A DNA stretch of 64,000 nt from NCBI RefSeq assembly GCF_024298765.1, contig NZ_CP101210.1, one strand, 5' to 3'. This DNA is from Escherichia coli. Its GTDB lineage: Bacteria; Pseudomonadota; Gammaproteobacteria; Enterobacterales; Enterobacteriaceae. The notes below the pieces were generated by a model. It had not been told where the DNA came from. It saw nothing but the letters and a program-made list of their open reading frames with translations, and made no database searches. This document shows, in pieces, positions 8,817-22,885 of this stretch; the stretch's first letter is position 1; each line of letters begins with the position of its first letter. The translations under genes were made by a program, and so were the position numbers.

Positions 8817-8992
8817 TTCCCCGAAGGCCGGGGCAGCCCACATGGATGTGGGCTGAGGGCGCGTCTTACAGGACATTACCTCGCGCCCGACCCGGTAGCC
8901 GAAGGGGATAAGCTGAAGGTACCGCGCAGCGGCGATTTTGTTCGCCAGAGCCCGGGGTGCAGGGGGTGGCGGCGATTGGCCGCCCCCTGCAC
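8817..8992. other. GC-rich intergenic element with several stable hairpins (possible dispersed repeat or structured RNA), unassigned
   Basis: Stem-loops AGCCCACAT-GG-ATGTGGGCT (8835-8854) and GGTGCAGGGGGTGGCGGC-GATT-GGCCGCCCCCTGCACC (8954-8992), plus CCCCGAAGGCCGGGG / CCCGGTAGCCGAAGGGG motifs; no convincing ORF. Confidence 0.4.
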
Positions 8993-9073
8993 CATTCAAT
9001 TTATATGGCGAGGCACATTAAGGGAGCGCAACCCGCTGCTGAAGCCAAACAAAACCGCCGCAGGCTAAGTCCC

Positions 9074-10582
<1,509 letters not shown>

Positions 10583-10770
10583 CTAAAGTCTCCAAAAAAT
10601 TATTATCGGCAATGTCGAAACTTGCCGTTATATCTGCCACCGGAACGGGGTAACAGAGTTTATGTTTTACCAGGGCGACCGTATCCTGCCGGAAGCGCTG
10701 GTTATTCACAATCGATTTAACACACCATTTACATTAAATTTTAGTGCTCAGCGACACTATTTTTCATCAG

Positions 10771-10978
10771 GTTGCACTCTCTCACATTTTTTGCGGTTGC
10801 ACCTTTCAAAAATGTTAACTGCCGCAGAGAAAAAGTCTGAGTTATTTTTTTAATCCCTGTCATATCGATTTCGTTTATTAACATTTCATTCATTTTTAAG
10901 CTTGCTACGCAGGTCACATTTAACACAGTTGCACAAAGTTGCAACATCATGGATATTTCACGATAACGTTAAGTTGCA
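10771..10978. promoter_or_regulatory. put control region with five GTTGCA PutA operator motifs between the divergent putP and putA
   Basis: GTTGCA at 10771-10776, 10796-10801, 10928-10933, 10938-10943 and 10973-10978 within the 422-bp intergenic region. Confidence 0.65.
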
Positions 10979-11004
10979 CCTTTCAGAACAACAGGAGTAA
11001 TGGC

Positions 11005-14000
11005 ATGGGAACCACCACCATGGGGGTTAAGCTGGACGACGCGACGCGTGAGCGTATTAAGTCTGCCGCGACACGTATCGATCGCACGCCACACTGGTTA
11101 ATTAAACAGGCGATTTTTTCTTATCTTGAACAACTGGAAAACAGCGATACTCTGCCGGAGCTACCTGCGCTGCTTTCTGGCGCTGCCAATGAGAGCGATG
11201 AAGCACCGACTCCGGCAGAGGAACCACACCAGCCTTTCCTCGACTTTGCCGAGCAAATTTTGCCCCAGTCGGTTTCCCGCGCCGCGATCACCGCTGCCTA
11301 TCGCCGTCCGGAAACCGAAGCGGTTTCGATGCTGCTGGAACAAGCTCGCCTGCCGCAGCCAGTTGCTGAACAGGCGCACAAACTGGCGTATCAACTGGCC
11401 GATAAACTGCGTAATCAAAAAAACGCCAGTGGTCGCGCAGGTATGGTTCAGGGGTTATTGCAGGAGTTTTCGTTGTCATCGCAGGAAGGCGTGGCGCTGA
11501 TGTGTCTGGCGGAAGCGTTGTTGCGTATTCCCGACAAAGCCACCCGTGATGCGTTAATTCGCGACAAAATCAGCAACGGTAACTGGCAGTCACACATTGG
11601 TCGTAGCCCGTCGTTGTTTGTTAATGCCGCCACCTGGGGGCTGCTGTTTACCGGCAAACTGGTTTCCACCCATAACGAAGCCAGCCTCTCCCGCTCGCTG
11701 AACCGCATTATCGGTAAGAGCGGTGAACCGCTGATCCGCAAAGGTGTGGATATGGCGATGCGCCTGATGGGCGAGCAGTTCGTCACTGGCGAAACCATCG
11801 CAGAAGCGTTAGCCAATGCCCGCAAGCTGGAAGAAAAAGGTTTCCGTTACTCTTACGATATGCTGGGCGAAGCTGCACTGACCGCCGCAGATGCACAGGC
11901 GTATATGGTTTCCTATCAGCAGGCGATTCACGCCATTGGTAAAGCGTCTAACGGTCGTGGCATCTATGAAGGTCCGGGCATTTCAATCAAGCTGTCGGCG
12001 CTGCATCCGCGTTACAGCCGCGCCCAGTATGACCGGGTAATGGAAGAGCTTTACCCGCGTCTGAAATCACTCACCCTGCTGGCGCGTCAGTACGATATTG
12101 GTATTAACATCGATGCCGAAGAGGCCGATCGTCTGGAGATCTCCCTCGATCTGCTGGAAAAACTCTGTTTCGAGCCGGAACTGGCAGGCTGGAACGGCAT
12201 CGGTTTTGTTATTCAGGCTTATCAAAAACGCTGCCCACTGGTGATTGATTACCTGATTGATCTCGCCACCCGCAGCCGTCGCCGTCTGATGATTCGCCTG
12301 GTGAAAGGCGCGTACTGGGATAGTGAAATCAAGCGCGCGCAGATGGACGGCCTTGAAGGTTATCCGGTTTATACCCGCAAGGTGTATACCGACGTTTCAT
12401 ATCTCGCCTGTGCGAAAAAGCTGCTGGCGGTGCCGAATCTAATCTACCCGCAGTTCGCAACGCATAACGCCCATACGCTGGCGGCAATTTATCAACTGGC
12501 GGGTCAGAACTACTACCCGGGTCAGTACGAGTTCCAGTGCCTGCACGGTATGGGCGAGCCACTGTATGAGCAGGTCACCGGGAAAGTTGCCGACGGCAAA
12601 CTTAACCGTCCGTGTCGTATTTATGCTCCTGTCGGTACCCATGAAACGCTGCTGGCGTATCTGGTGCGTCGCCTGCTGGAAAACGGTGCTAACACCTCGT
12701 TTGTTAACCGTATTGCTGACACCTCTTTGCCACTGGATGAACTGGTTGCCGATCCGGTCACTGCTGTAGAAAAACTGGCGCAACAGGAAGGGCAAACTGG
12801 ATTACCGCATCCGAAAATTCCCCTGCCGCGCGATCTTTACGGTGACGGGCGCGACAACTCGGCAGGGCTGGATCTCGCCAATGAACACCGGCTGGCCTCG
12901 CTCTCTTCTGCCCTGCTCAATAGTGCACTGCAAAAATGGCAGGCCTTGCCAATGCTGGAACAATCGGTCGCGGCTGGTGAGATGTCGCCCGTTATTAACC
13001 CTGCGGAACCGAAAGATATTGTGGGCTTTGTGCGTGAAGCCACGCCGCGTGAAGTAGAACAGGCGCTGGAAAGTGCGGTTAATAACGCGCCAATCTGGTT
13101 TGCCACTCCTCCGGCTGAACGCGCGGCGATTTTGCATCGCGCTGCTGTGCTGATGGAAAGCCAGATGCAGCAACTGATTGGTATTCTGGTGCGTGAGGCC
13201 GGAAAAACCTTCAGTAACGCCATTGCCGAAGTGCGCGAAGCGGTCGATTTTCTCCACTACTACGCCGGACAGGTGCGGGATGATTTCGCTAACGAAACCC
13301 ACCGTCCATTAGGGCCTGTGGTATGTATCAGTCCGTGGAACTTCCCGCTGGCGATTTTCACCGGGCAGATCGCTGCCGCACTGGCGGCAGGTAACAGCGT
13401 ACTGGCAAAACCGGCAGAACAAACGCCGCTGATTGCCGCGCAAGGGATCGCCATTTTGCTGGAAGCGGGTGTACCGCCAGGCGTGGTGCAATTGCTGCCA
13501 GGTCGGGGTGAAACCGTGGGCGCGCAACTGACGGGTGATGAACGCGTGCGCGGGGTGATGTTTACCGGTTCAACCGAAGTCGCTACGTTACTGCAGCGCA
13601 ATATCGCCAGCCGCCTGGACGCTCAGGGTCGCCCTATTCCGCTCATCGCTGAAACCGGCGGTATGAACGCGATGATTGTCGATTCTTCAGCACTGACCGA
13701 ACAGGTCGTCGTGGATGTACTGGCCTCGGCGTTCGACAGTGCAGGCCAACGTTGTTCGGCGCTGCGCGTGCTGTGTTTACAAGATGAAATTGCCGACCAC
13801 ACGTTGAAAATGCTGCGCGGCGCAATGGCCGAATGCCGGATGGGTAATCCGGGTCGCCTGACCACCGATATCGGTCCGGTGATTGATAGCGAAGCGAAAG
13901 CCAATATTGAGCGTCATATTCAGACTATGCGTAGTAAAGGCCGTCCGGTGTTCCAGGCGGTGCGGGAAAACAGTGAAGATGCCCGTGAATGGCAAAGCGG

Positions 14001-14967
14001 CACCTTTGTCGCCCCGACGCTGATCGAACTGGATAACTTTGCCGAATTGCAAAAGGAGGTCTTTGGTCCGGTGCTGCATGTGGTGCGTTATAACCGTAAC
14101 CAGCTGCCGGAACTGATCGAGCAGATTAACGCTTCCGGCTATGGTCTGACGCTTGGCGTTCATACGCGTATTGATGAAACCATCGCCCAGGTCACTGGCT
14201 CGGCCCATGTCGGTAACCTGTACGTTAACCGTAATATGGTGGGCGCAGTGGTCGGGGTGCAGCCATTCGGCGGCGAAGGGTTGTCCGGCACCGGGCCGAA
14301 AGCAGGCGGTCCGCTCTATCTCTACCGTCTGCTGGCGAATCGCCCGGAAAGTGCACTGGCAGTGACGCTCGCGCGTCAGGATGCAGAGTATCCGGTGGAT
14401 GCGCAGTTGAAAGCCGCATTGATCCAGCCGCTAAATGCACTGCGGGAATGGGCGGCAAACCGTCCAGAATTGCAGGCGTTATGTACGCAATATGGCGAGC
14501 TGGCGCAGGCAGGAACACAGCGATTGCTGCCAGGGCCGACGGGTGAACGCAACACCTGGACGCTGCTGCCGCGTGAGCGCGTGTTGTGTATTGCGGATGA
14601 TGAACAGGATGCGCTGACTCAGCTCGCCGCCGTGCTGGCGGTGGGCAGCCAGGTACTGTGGCCGGATGACGCGCTGCATCGTCAGTTAGTGAAGGCATTG
14701 CCATCGGCAGTCAGCGAACGTATTCAACTGGCGAAAGCGGAAAATATAACCGCTCAACCGTTTGATGCGGTGATCTTCCACGGTGATTCGGATCAGCTTC
14801 GCGCATTGTGTGAAGCAGTTGCCGCGCGGGATGGCGCAATTGTTTCGGTGCAGGGTTTTGCCCGTGGCGAAAGCAATATCCTTCTGGAACGGCTGTATAT
14901 CGAGCGTTCGCTGAGTGTGAATACCGCTGCTGCTGGCGGTAACGCCAGTTTAATGACGATCGGTTAA
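11005..14967 (+). CDS. putA: PutA, bifunctional proline dehydrogenase / P5C dehydrogenase and transcriptional repressor
   Basis: 1320-aa product from ATG 11005 (MGTTTMGVKLDDATRERIKSA..., AGGAG SD at 10993-10997); N-terminal ribbon-helix-helix, PRODH and ALDH domains; ORF track extends upstream to a TTG at 10939. Confidence 0.95.
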   Translation: MGTTTMGVKLDDATRERIKSAATRIDRTPHWLIKQAIFSYLEQLENSDTLPELPALLSGAANESDEAPTPAEEPHQPFLDFAEQILPQSVSRAAITAAYRRPETEAVSMLLEQARLPQPVAEQAHKLAYQLADKLRNQKNASGRAGMVQGLLQEFSLSSQEGVALMCLAEALLRIPDKATRDALIRDKISNGNWQSHIGRSPSLFVNAATWGLLFTGKLVSTHNEASLSRSLNRIIGKSGEPLIRKGVDMAMRLMGEQFVTGETIAEALANARKLEEKGFRYSYDMLGEAALTAADAQAYMVSYQQAIHAIGKASNGRGIYEGPGISIKLSALHPRYSRAQYDRVMEELYPRLKSLTLLARQYDIGINIDAEEADRLEISLDLLEKLCFEPELAGWNGIGFVIQAYQKRCPLVIDYLIDLATRSRRRLMIRLVKGAYWDSEIKRAQMDGLEGYPVYTRKVYTDVSYLACAKKLLAVPNLIYPQFATHNAHTLAAIYQLAGQNYYPGQYEFQCLHGMGEPLYEQVTGKVADGKLNRPCRIYAPVGTHETLLAYLVRRLLENGANTSFVNRIADTSLPLDELVADPVTAVEKLAQQEGQTGLPHPKIPLPRDLYGDGRDNSAGLDLANEHRLASLSSALLNSALQKWQALPMLEQSVAAGEMSPVINPAEPKDIVGFVREATPREVEQALESAVNNAPIWFATPPAERAAILHRAAVLMESQMQQLIGILVREAGKTFSNAIAEVREAVDFLHYYAGQVRDDFANETHRPLGPVVCISPWNFPLAIFTGQIAAALAAGNSVLAKPAEQTPLIAAQGIAILLEAGVPPGVVQLLPGRGETVGAQLTGDERVRGVMFTGSTEVATLLQRNIASRLDAQGRPIPLIAETGGMNAMIVDSSALTEQVVVDVLASAFDSAGQRCSALRVLCLQDEIADHTLKMLRGAMAECRMGNPGRLTTDIGPVIDSEAKANIERHIQTMRSKGRPVFQAVRENSEDAREWQSGTFVAPTLIELDNFAELQKEVFGPVLHVVRYNRNQLPELIEQINASGYGLTLGVHTRIDETIAQVTGSAHVGNLYVNRNMVGAVVGVQPFGGEGLSGTGPKAGGPLYLYRLLANRPESALAVTLARQDAEYPVDAQLKAALIQPLNALREWAANRPELQALCTQYGELAQAGTQRLLPGPTGERNTWTLLPRERVLCIADDEQDALTQLAAVLAVGSQVLWPDDALHRQLVKALPSAVSERIQLAKAENITAQPFDAVIFHGDSDQLRALCEAVAARDGAIVSVQGFARGESNILLERLYIERSLSVNTAAAGGNASLMTIG

Positions 14968-14974
14968 ACAGGTA

Positions 14975-15002
14975 GCCGGAGGATGTTACAACCTCCTCCG
15001 GC
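14975..15002. terminator. Bidirectional hairpin terminator between convergent putA and rutR
   Basis: GCCGGAGG-ATGTTACAA-CCTCCGGC palindrome 8 nt after the putA stop and 5 nt from the rutR stop. Confidence 0.55.
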
Positions 15003-15006
15003 ATCT

Positions 15007-15645
15007 TTAACGTGGTCGAATCCCCTCAATAATTATCCGCTGCACGTTTTCAACCGTTTGATTGAAAAACACCTCATCGCGCAACGTCGCGCCTGTCACC
15101 GCCTCCACCTGAGGGGCAAAATCGGCGTAATGTTGAGTGGAAGCCCAAATCATAAAAATCAAATGCTGCGGGTCAATCGGCGCGAGTTTGCCGCTTTTGA
15201 CCCAACCGGCAATCAGCGCCGATTTCTCATCAATTAATGCCTTCAAATCGCCCGTCAGTTCATCCATTAACAGCGGTGCACCTGCCAGCATCTCCATACA
15301 GAACAGGCGCGAAGCCTGCGGATAATCGCGTGAGACTTCCAGCTTCAGACGGATGTACTCTTTGATCGCCGCCAGCGGGGCGAAATCTTCACGAAACGCT
15401 TTTAACGGTGCCAGCCAGATATCGAGAATCTGCCGCAGTACGGCTATATACAGCGCCTCTTTTGACGGAAAGTAATACAGCAGATTGGTTTTTGAAACAC
15501 CCGCCAACTCCGCGATCTGCTCCAGCCTTGTGCCGTGAAAACCGAATTGTGAAAAAGTGTCCAGTGCTGCGCTAAGAATCGCTTTTTTCTTCGCGCTTAC
15601 TGCGCGCGAACGCTTACCCGTTGTTTTCACTGCGCCTTGCGTCAT
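15007..15645 (-). CDS. rutR: RutR, TetR-family repressor of the rut pyrimidine-utilisation operon
   Basis: 212-aa product MTQGAVKTTGKRSRAVSAKKKAILSAALDTFSQFGFHGTRLEQIAELAGVSKTNLLYYF (TetR HTH). Confidence 0.93.
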   Translation of the reverse strand: MTQGAVKTTGKRSRAVSAKKKAILSAALDTFSQFGFHGTRLEQIAELAGVSKTNLLYYFPSKEALYIAVLRQILDIWLAPLKAFREDFAPLAAIKEYIRLKLEVSRDYPQASRLFCMEMLAGAPLLMDELTGDLKALIDEKSALIAGWVKSGKLAPIDPQHLIFMIWASTQHYADFAPQVEAVTGATLRDEVFFNQTVENVQRIIIEGIRPR

Positions 15646-15875
15646 GCGCTCTCCCCTCTTGTTGATTGGCAACAGGATAGCAAAACCCCCGCCCGGCCTC
15701 GACCTTCTGCACTCTCATCGCGCACGAATGCATGTTTTATGTGCAACTGTTTTGACCGTTTAGTCCACTTTTTTTCAGGCATTTTAGACAACTTAACATT
15801 AACACATTAATAACATTCACTTTTTAAAAACTGGCATCCGCTTTGCAAACAAGCCATTACGCGGCTGAAAAGGAT

Positions 15876-17716
<1,841 letters not shown>

Positions 17717-17727
17717 GGAGTTTAACG

Positions 17728-18114
17728 ATGCCAAAATCCGTAATTATTCCTGCTGGCAGCAGCGCACCGCTGGCCCCCTTCGTTCCCGGCACGCTGGCTG
17801 ATGGCGTGGTGTATGTCTCCGGTACGCTGGCTTTTGATCAACATAACAACGTGCTGTTTGCCGATGACCCAAAGGCGCAAACCCGCCACGTTCTGGAAAC
17901 CATCCGCAAGGTCATCGAGACGGCGGGTGGCACGATGGCGGATGTGACCTTCAACAGCATCTTTATTACCGACTGGAAAAATTACGCCGCGATTAACGAA
18001 ATCTACGCCGAGTTTTTCCCGGGTGACAAACCGGCGCGATTCTGCATTCAGTGCGGACTGGTAAAACCTGACGCGCTGGTGGAAATCGCCACAATTGCGC
18101 ATATCGCCAAGTGA
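17728..18114 (+). CDS. rutC: RutC, aminoacrylate peracid reductase (RidA/YjgF family)
   Basis: 128-aa [41 protein letters not shown]... Confidence 0.93.
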
Positions 18115-18121
18115 GGCCGCG

Positions 18122-18934
18122 ATGAAACTTTCACTCTCACCTCCCCCTTATGCTGATGCGCCCGTAGTGGTGTTGATTTCGGGTCTTGGCGGTAGCGGCA
18201 GTTACTGGTTACCGCAACTGGCGGTGCTGGATCAGGAGTATCAGGTAGTCTGTTACGACCAGCGCGGCACCGGCAATAATCCCGACACGCTGGCAGAAGA
18301 TTACAGTATCGCCCAGATGGCAGCGGAACTGCATCAGGCGCTGGTAGCCGCAGGGATTGAGCGTTACGCGGTGGTCGGCCATGCGCTCGGTGCGCTGGTG
18401 GGAATGCAGCTGGCGCTGGATTATCCCGCGTCGGTAACTGTGCTGGTCAGCGTTAACGGCTGGCTACGAATAAACGCCCATACGCGCCGCTGTTTTCAGG
18501 TTCGCGAACAGTTACTACATAGCGGCGGCGCGCAGGCATGGGTGGAAGCGCAGCCGTTGTTCCTCTATCCCGCCGACTGGATGGCGGCCCGCGCACCTCG
18601 CCTTGAGGCAGAAGACGCGCTGGCACTGGCGCATTTTCAAGGCAAAAATAATTTACTGCGTCGACTTAACGCCCTCAAACGCGCTGACTTTAGTCACCAT
18701 GCGGATCGTATCCGCTGCCCGGTGCAAATCATCTGCGCCAGTGATGATCTGCTGGTGCCAACAGCATGTTCCAGTGAACTTCATGCCGCCCTGCCCGATA
18801 GCCAGAAAATGGTGATGCGCTATGGCGGACACGCCTGCAACGTGACCGATCCCGAAACGTTTAATGCTCTGTTACTCAACGGGCTTGCCAGCCTGTTACA
18901 TCACCGTGAAGCCGCCTGTAAGGAATTGCTATGA
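18122..18934 (+). CDS. rutD: RutD, aminoacrylate hydrolase (alpha/beta hydrolase)
   Basis: Product [29 protein letters not shown]... with GHALGA nucleophile elbow; stop overlaps the rutE start. Confidence 0.9.
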   Translation: MKLSLSPPPYADAPVVVLISGLGGSGSYWLPQLAVLDQEYQVVCYDQRGTGNNPDTLAEDYSIAQMAAELHQALVAAGIERYAVVGHALGALVGMQLALDYPASVTVLVSVNGWLRINAHTRRCFQVREQLLHSGGAQAWVEAQPLFLYPADWMAARAPRLEAEDALALAHFQGKNNLLRRLNALKRADFSHHADRIRCPVQIICASDDLLVPTACSSELHAALPDSQKMVMRYGGHACNVTDPETFNALLLNGLASLLHHREAACKELL

Positions 18935-19521
18935 ACGAAGCCATTAGCCCAGGTGCGCTTAGCACCTTGTTCACCGATGCCCGCACTCACAACGGCTGGC
19001 GGGAGACACCCGTCAGCGATGAGACGTTACGGGAGATTTATGCCCTGATGAAATGGGGGCCGACATCAGCTAACTGTTCTCCGGCACGGATCGTGTTTAT
19101 CCGCACTGCAGAAGGAAAAGAACGTCTGCGCCCGGCGCTTTCCAGCGGCAATCTGCAAAAAACCCTGACCGCGCCCGTCACCGCTATCGTCGCCTGGGAC
19201 AGTGAATTTTATGAACGGTTACCACTACTGTTTCCCCACGGTGATGCCCGCAGTTGGTTTACCTCCAGCCCACAACTTGCCGAAGAAACAGCGTTTCGCA
19301 ACAGTTCCATGCAGGCGGCTTATCTGATCGTCGCCTGCCGCTCGCTGGGGCTGGATACCGGCCCGATGTCGGGCTTTGACCGTCAACACGTGGACGACGC
19401 CTTTTTTACGGGCAGCACGCTGAAGAGCAATCTGCTGATTAATATTGGCTATGGCGATAGCAGCAAGCTTTATGCGCGCCTGCCACGTCTGTCCTTTGAG
19501 GAAACCTGCGGGCTGATGTAA
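18931..19521 (+). CDS. rutE: RutE, malonic semialdehyde reductase (nitroreductase family)
   Basis: 196-aa [52 protein letters not shown]... Confidence 0.93.
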   Translation: MNEAISPGALSTLFTDARTHNGWRETPVSDETLREIYALMKWGPTSANCSPARIVFIRTAEGKERLRPALSSGNLQKTLTAPVTAIVAWDSEFYERLPLLFPHGDARSWFTSSPQLAEETAFRNSSMQAAYLIVACRSLGLDTGPMSGFDRQHVDDAFFTGSTLKSNLLINIGYGDSSKLYARLPRLSFEETCGLM

Positions 19522-19531
19522 GGAGCAAACT

Positions 19532-20026
19532 ATGAACATTGTCGATCAACAAACTTTTCGCGATGCGATGTCCTGCATGGGCGCGGCGGTCAATATCATC
19601 ACCACGGACGGTCCAGCCGGGCGCGCCGGGTTCACCGCCAGCGCCGTCTGCAGCGTGACCGATACGCCGCCCACATTACTGGTGTGCCTGAATCGTGGGG
19701 CGTCCGTCTGGCCGGTATTCAATGAAAATCGAACGCTGTGTGTAAATACACTTAGCGCCGGACAGGAGCCGCTTTCAAACCTTTTTGGCGGCAAAACGCC
19801 CATGGAACACCGCTTTGCCGCCGCCCGCTGGCAGACTGGTGTGACCGGATGCCTGCAACTGGAAGAAGCACTGGTTTCGTTTGACTGCCGTATCAGCCAG
19901 GTGGTGAGCGTCGGCACCCACGACATTCTGTTTTGCGCCATCGAAGCGATTCATCGTCACGCCACCCCCTACGGGCTGGTGTGGTTTGATCGCAGTTATC
20001 ACGCGCTGATGCGCCCTGCTTGTTAA
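19532..20026 (+). CDS. rutF: RutF, FMN reductase (flavin reductase domain)
   Basis: 164-aa [58 protein letters not shown]... Confidence 0.93.
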   Translation: MNIVDQQTFRDAMSCMGAAVNIITTDGPAGRAGFTASAVCSVTDTPPTLLVCLNRGASVWPVFNENRTLCVNTLSAGQEPLSNLFGGKTPMEHRFAAARWQTGVTGCLQLEEALVSFDCRISQVVSVGTHDILFCAIEAIHRHATPYGLVWFDRSYHALMRPAC

Positions 20027-20046
20027 CCTCCTTAAGGAGACAGCTG

Positions 20047-21375
20047 ATGGCAATGTTCGGTTTTCCTCACTGGCAGTTAAAATCGACCTCTACAGAGAGC
20101 GGCGTGGTCGCGCCGGATGAACGATTGCCGTTTGCTCAGACGGCAGTAATGGGCGTTCAACACGCGGTGGCGATGTTTGGCGCGACGGTGTTAATGCCGA
20201 TTCTGATGGGGCTGGATCCCAATCTTTCCATTTTTATGTCGGGGATCGGCACGTTACTGTTTTTCTTTATTACCGGCGGGCGCGTGCCCAGTTATCTCGG
20301 TTCCAGCGCGGCTTTTGTCGGCGTGGTGATTGCCGCAACGGGCTTTAATGGTCAGGGAATTAATCCGAATATCAGCATCGCGCTGGGCGGGATTATCGCC
20401 TGTGGGCTGGTTTATACCGTCATTGGCCTGGTGGTGATGAAAATCGGTACGCGCTGGATTGAACGACTAATGCCGCCGGTTGTGACGGGTGCGGTAGTGA
20501 TGGCGATTGGCCTGAACTTAGCGCCTATCGCAGTGAAAAATGTATCGGCTTCGGCCTTTGATAGCTGGATGGCGGTAATGACGGTGCTGTGTATTGGGCT
20601 GGTGGCCGTATTTACCCGTGGCATGATCCAGCGATTATTGATTCTCGTAGGATTAATTGTCGCCTGTCTGCTGTATGGCGTGATGACCAACGTTTTAGGG
20701 CTGGGAAAAGCCGTCGATTTTACTCTCGTCAGCCATGCTGCCTGGTTCGGTCTGCCACATTTTTCCACTCCTGCTTTTAATGGTCAGGCAATGATGCTGA
20801 TTGCGCCCGTGGCGGTGATTCTGGTGGCGGAAAACTTAGGTCATCTCAAGGCGGTCGCCGGGATGACCGGACGCAATATGGACCCGTATATGGGGCGGGC
20901 ATTCGTCGGTGATGGTCTGGCGACGATGCTTTCTGGCTCTGTCGGCGGTAGCGGCGTAACCACCTACGCCGAGAATATCGGTGTGATGGCCGTGACAAAA
21001 GTCTACTCGACGCTGGTGTTTGTTGCCGCTGCCGTCATCGCCATGCTGTTGGGCTTTTCGCCGAAATTTGGCGCGCTGATTCATACCATTCCAGCACCGG
21101 TGATTGGTGGTGCATCAATTGTTGTGTTCGGGCTGATTGCCGTCGCAGGCGCAAGGATCTGGGTACAAAACCGTGTCGATTTAAGCCAGAACGGTAATTT
21201 GATTATGGTCGCAGTAACCTTAGTGCTGGGCGCGGGTGATTTTGCTCTCACGCTGGGCGGTTTTACGTTGGGAGGGATCGGTACAGCCACCTTTGGCGCG
21301 ATTTTACTCAATACGTTGTTAAGCAGAAGGTTGGTTGACGTTCCACCGCCAGAAGTTGTTCATCAGGAGCCATAA
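20047..21375 (+). CDS. rutG: RutG, pyrimidine (uracil) permease, NCS2 family
   Basis: 442-aa product MAMFGFPHWQLKSTSTESGVVAPDERLPFAQTAVMGVQHAVAMFGATVLMP...; ORF track starts 9 codons upstream at a TTG. Confidence 0.92.
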   Translation: MAMFGFPHWQLKSTSTESGVVAPDERLPFAQTAVMGVQHAVAMFGATVLMPILMGLDPNLSIFMSGIGTLLFFFITGGRVPSYLGSSAAFVGVVIAATGFNGQGINPNISIALGGIIACGLVYTVIGLVVMKIGTRWIERLMPPVVTGAVVMAIGLNLAPIAVKNVSASAFDSWMAVMTVLCIGLVAVFTRGMIQRLLILVGLIVACLLYGVMTNVLGLGKAVDFTLVSHAAWFGLPHFSTPAFNGQAMMLIAPVAVILVAENLGHLKAVAGMTGRNMDPYMGRAFVGDGLATMLSGSVGGSGVTTYAENIGVMAVTKVYSTLVFVAAAVIAMLLGFSPKFGALIHTIPAPVIGGASIVVFGLIAVAGARIWVQNRVDLSQNGNLIMVAVTLVLGAGDFALTLGGFTLGGIGTATFGAILLNTLLSRRLVDVPPPEVVHQEP

Positions 21376-21382
21376 ATAGAAA

Positions 21383-21414
21383 ACCGCCGGGGTAACCGGC
21401 GGTGATGACTTTTT
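21383..21414 (+). terminator. Rho-independent terminator after rutG
   Basis: ACCGCCGG-GGTAA-CCGGCGGT hairpin followed by TGACTTTTT. Confidence 0.65.
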
Positions 21415-21457
21415 GACGAGCTTCAGACAAAAATACATTCGTCATTGATTAGCCCGG

Positions 21458-21631
21458 CTAGTTGTCGCTTTTGCCGTGACTGCTCTTGCCACCTTTTTTA
21501 CCTGCTTCAGATGCGCGCTGCGGGTCATTTTTGAAATTACCCCCGCTGTGCTGTCCACCTTTTTTACCTGCTTCTGATGCTCTTTCGCGGTCTTCTGCAA
21601 AATTGCCGGAACCGCCTCGATGGTTTGCCAT
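21458..21631 (-). CDS. ymdF: YmdF, small stress-induced KGG-repeat protein
   Basis: 57-aa product MANHRGGSGNFAEDRERASEAGKKGGQHSGGNFKNDPQRASEAGKKGGKSSHGKSDN with internal duplication. Confidence 0.88.
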   Translation of the reverse strand: MANHRGGSGNFAEDRERASEAGKKGGQHSGGNFKNDPQRASEAGKKGGKSSHGKSDN

Positions 21632-21985
21632 TACTGACCTCCGTCTGGGTATAGACATCATATTGCATAGAATTAACGCGGCGTATGGCGGCTGCCATAT
21701 TTTCGCTACGTGGGACTAAGCTTAGTGAACTGACGCGGGCAGACCCGCGTTTGGTAATATCCTGCAACAGCTTCTTAGCGAGAATAGATATCATCTCCAA
21801 TAATTATCCATAAGCCGCTCTTATGATTAAAAAAACGCGATGAGATAAAAATGTGTCATTTTGCGACAAAATTACGTGCTTGTGAAAGTTGTTATAAATC
21901 AAATAAGTGGTTGTGAAATTTGCACTCTGAAAAGGACGTCTTATCTTTAAATAAGTGGTAGCGAATCGCTACGGAATAGAGATAA

Positions 21986-22600
<615 letters not shown>

Positions 22601-22620
22601 TCTTCAACAGGAGGATACGC

Positions 22621-22848
22621 ATGCCAACTCAAGAAGCGAAAGCTCATCACGTCGGTGAATGGGCATCTCTGCGCAATACGTCGCCGGAAATAGCCGAGGC
22701 CATTTTCGAAGTCGCCGGGTACGACGAAAAAATGGCGGAAAAGATTTGGGAAGAAGGTAGCGATGAAGTGTTAGTCAAAGCCTTTGCTAAGACCGATAAA
22801 GATTCGCTTTTTTGGGGCGAACAGACCATCGAACGTAAAAACGTTTAA
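22621..22848 (+). CDS. yccJ: YccJ, small conserved protein co-transcribed with wrbA
   Basis: 75-aa [49 protein letters not shown]...; 20 nt downstream of wrbA. Confidence 0.9.
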
Positions 22849-22854
22849 CCAGCG

Positions 22855-22884
22855 ACTCCCCCGCTTCACGCGGGGGAGTTTTCT
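22855..22884. terminator. Bidirectional terminator between convergent yccJ and agp
   Basis: ACTCCCCCGC-TTCAC-GCGGGGGAGT hairpin followed by TTTTCT. Confidence 0.7.
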
Positions 22885-22885
22885 G

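Noticed and set aside
8817-8992. Retron msr/msd or IS200-type end as an explanation for the GC-rich hairpin element
   Set aside because: There is no reverse transcriptase or transposase gene next to it; kept as an unassigned structured element.
8456-8999. ORFs 8456-8776 (+) and 8754-8999 (-) in the efeU-putP intergenic region
   Set aside because: They overlap REP and GC-rich palindromic sequence, have low-complexity Pro/Gly/Ala-rich translations and no ribosome-binding sites; more likely structured non-coding DNA.
11126-14704. Many antisense or out-of-frame ORFs inside putA (for example 12802-13302, 13777-14208, 14225-14704)
   Set aside because: They lie wholly within the well-supported 1320-aa putA frame; long spurious ORFs are expected opposite a GC-rich gene.
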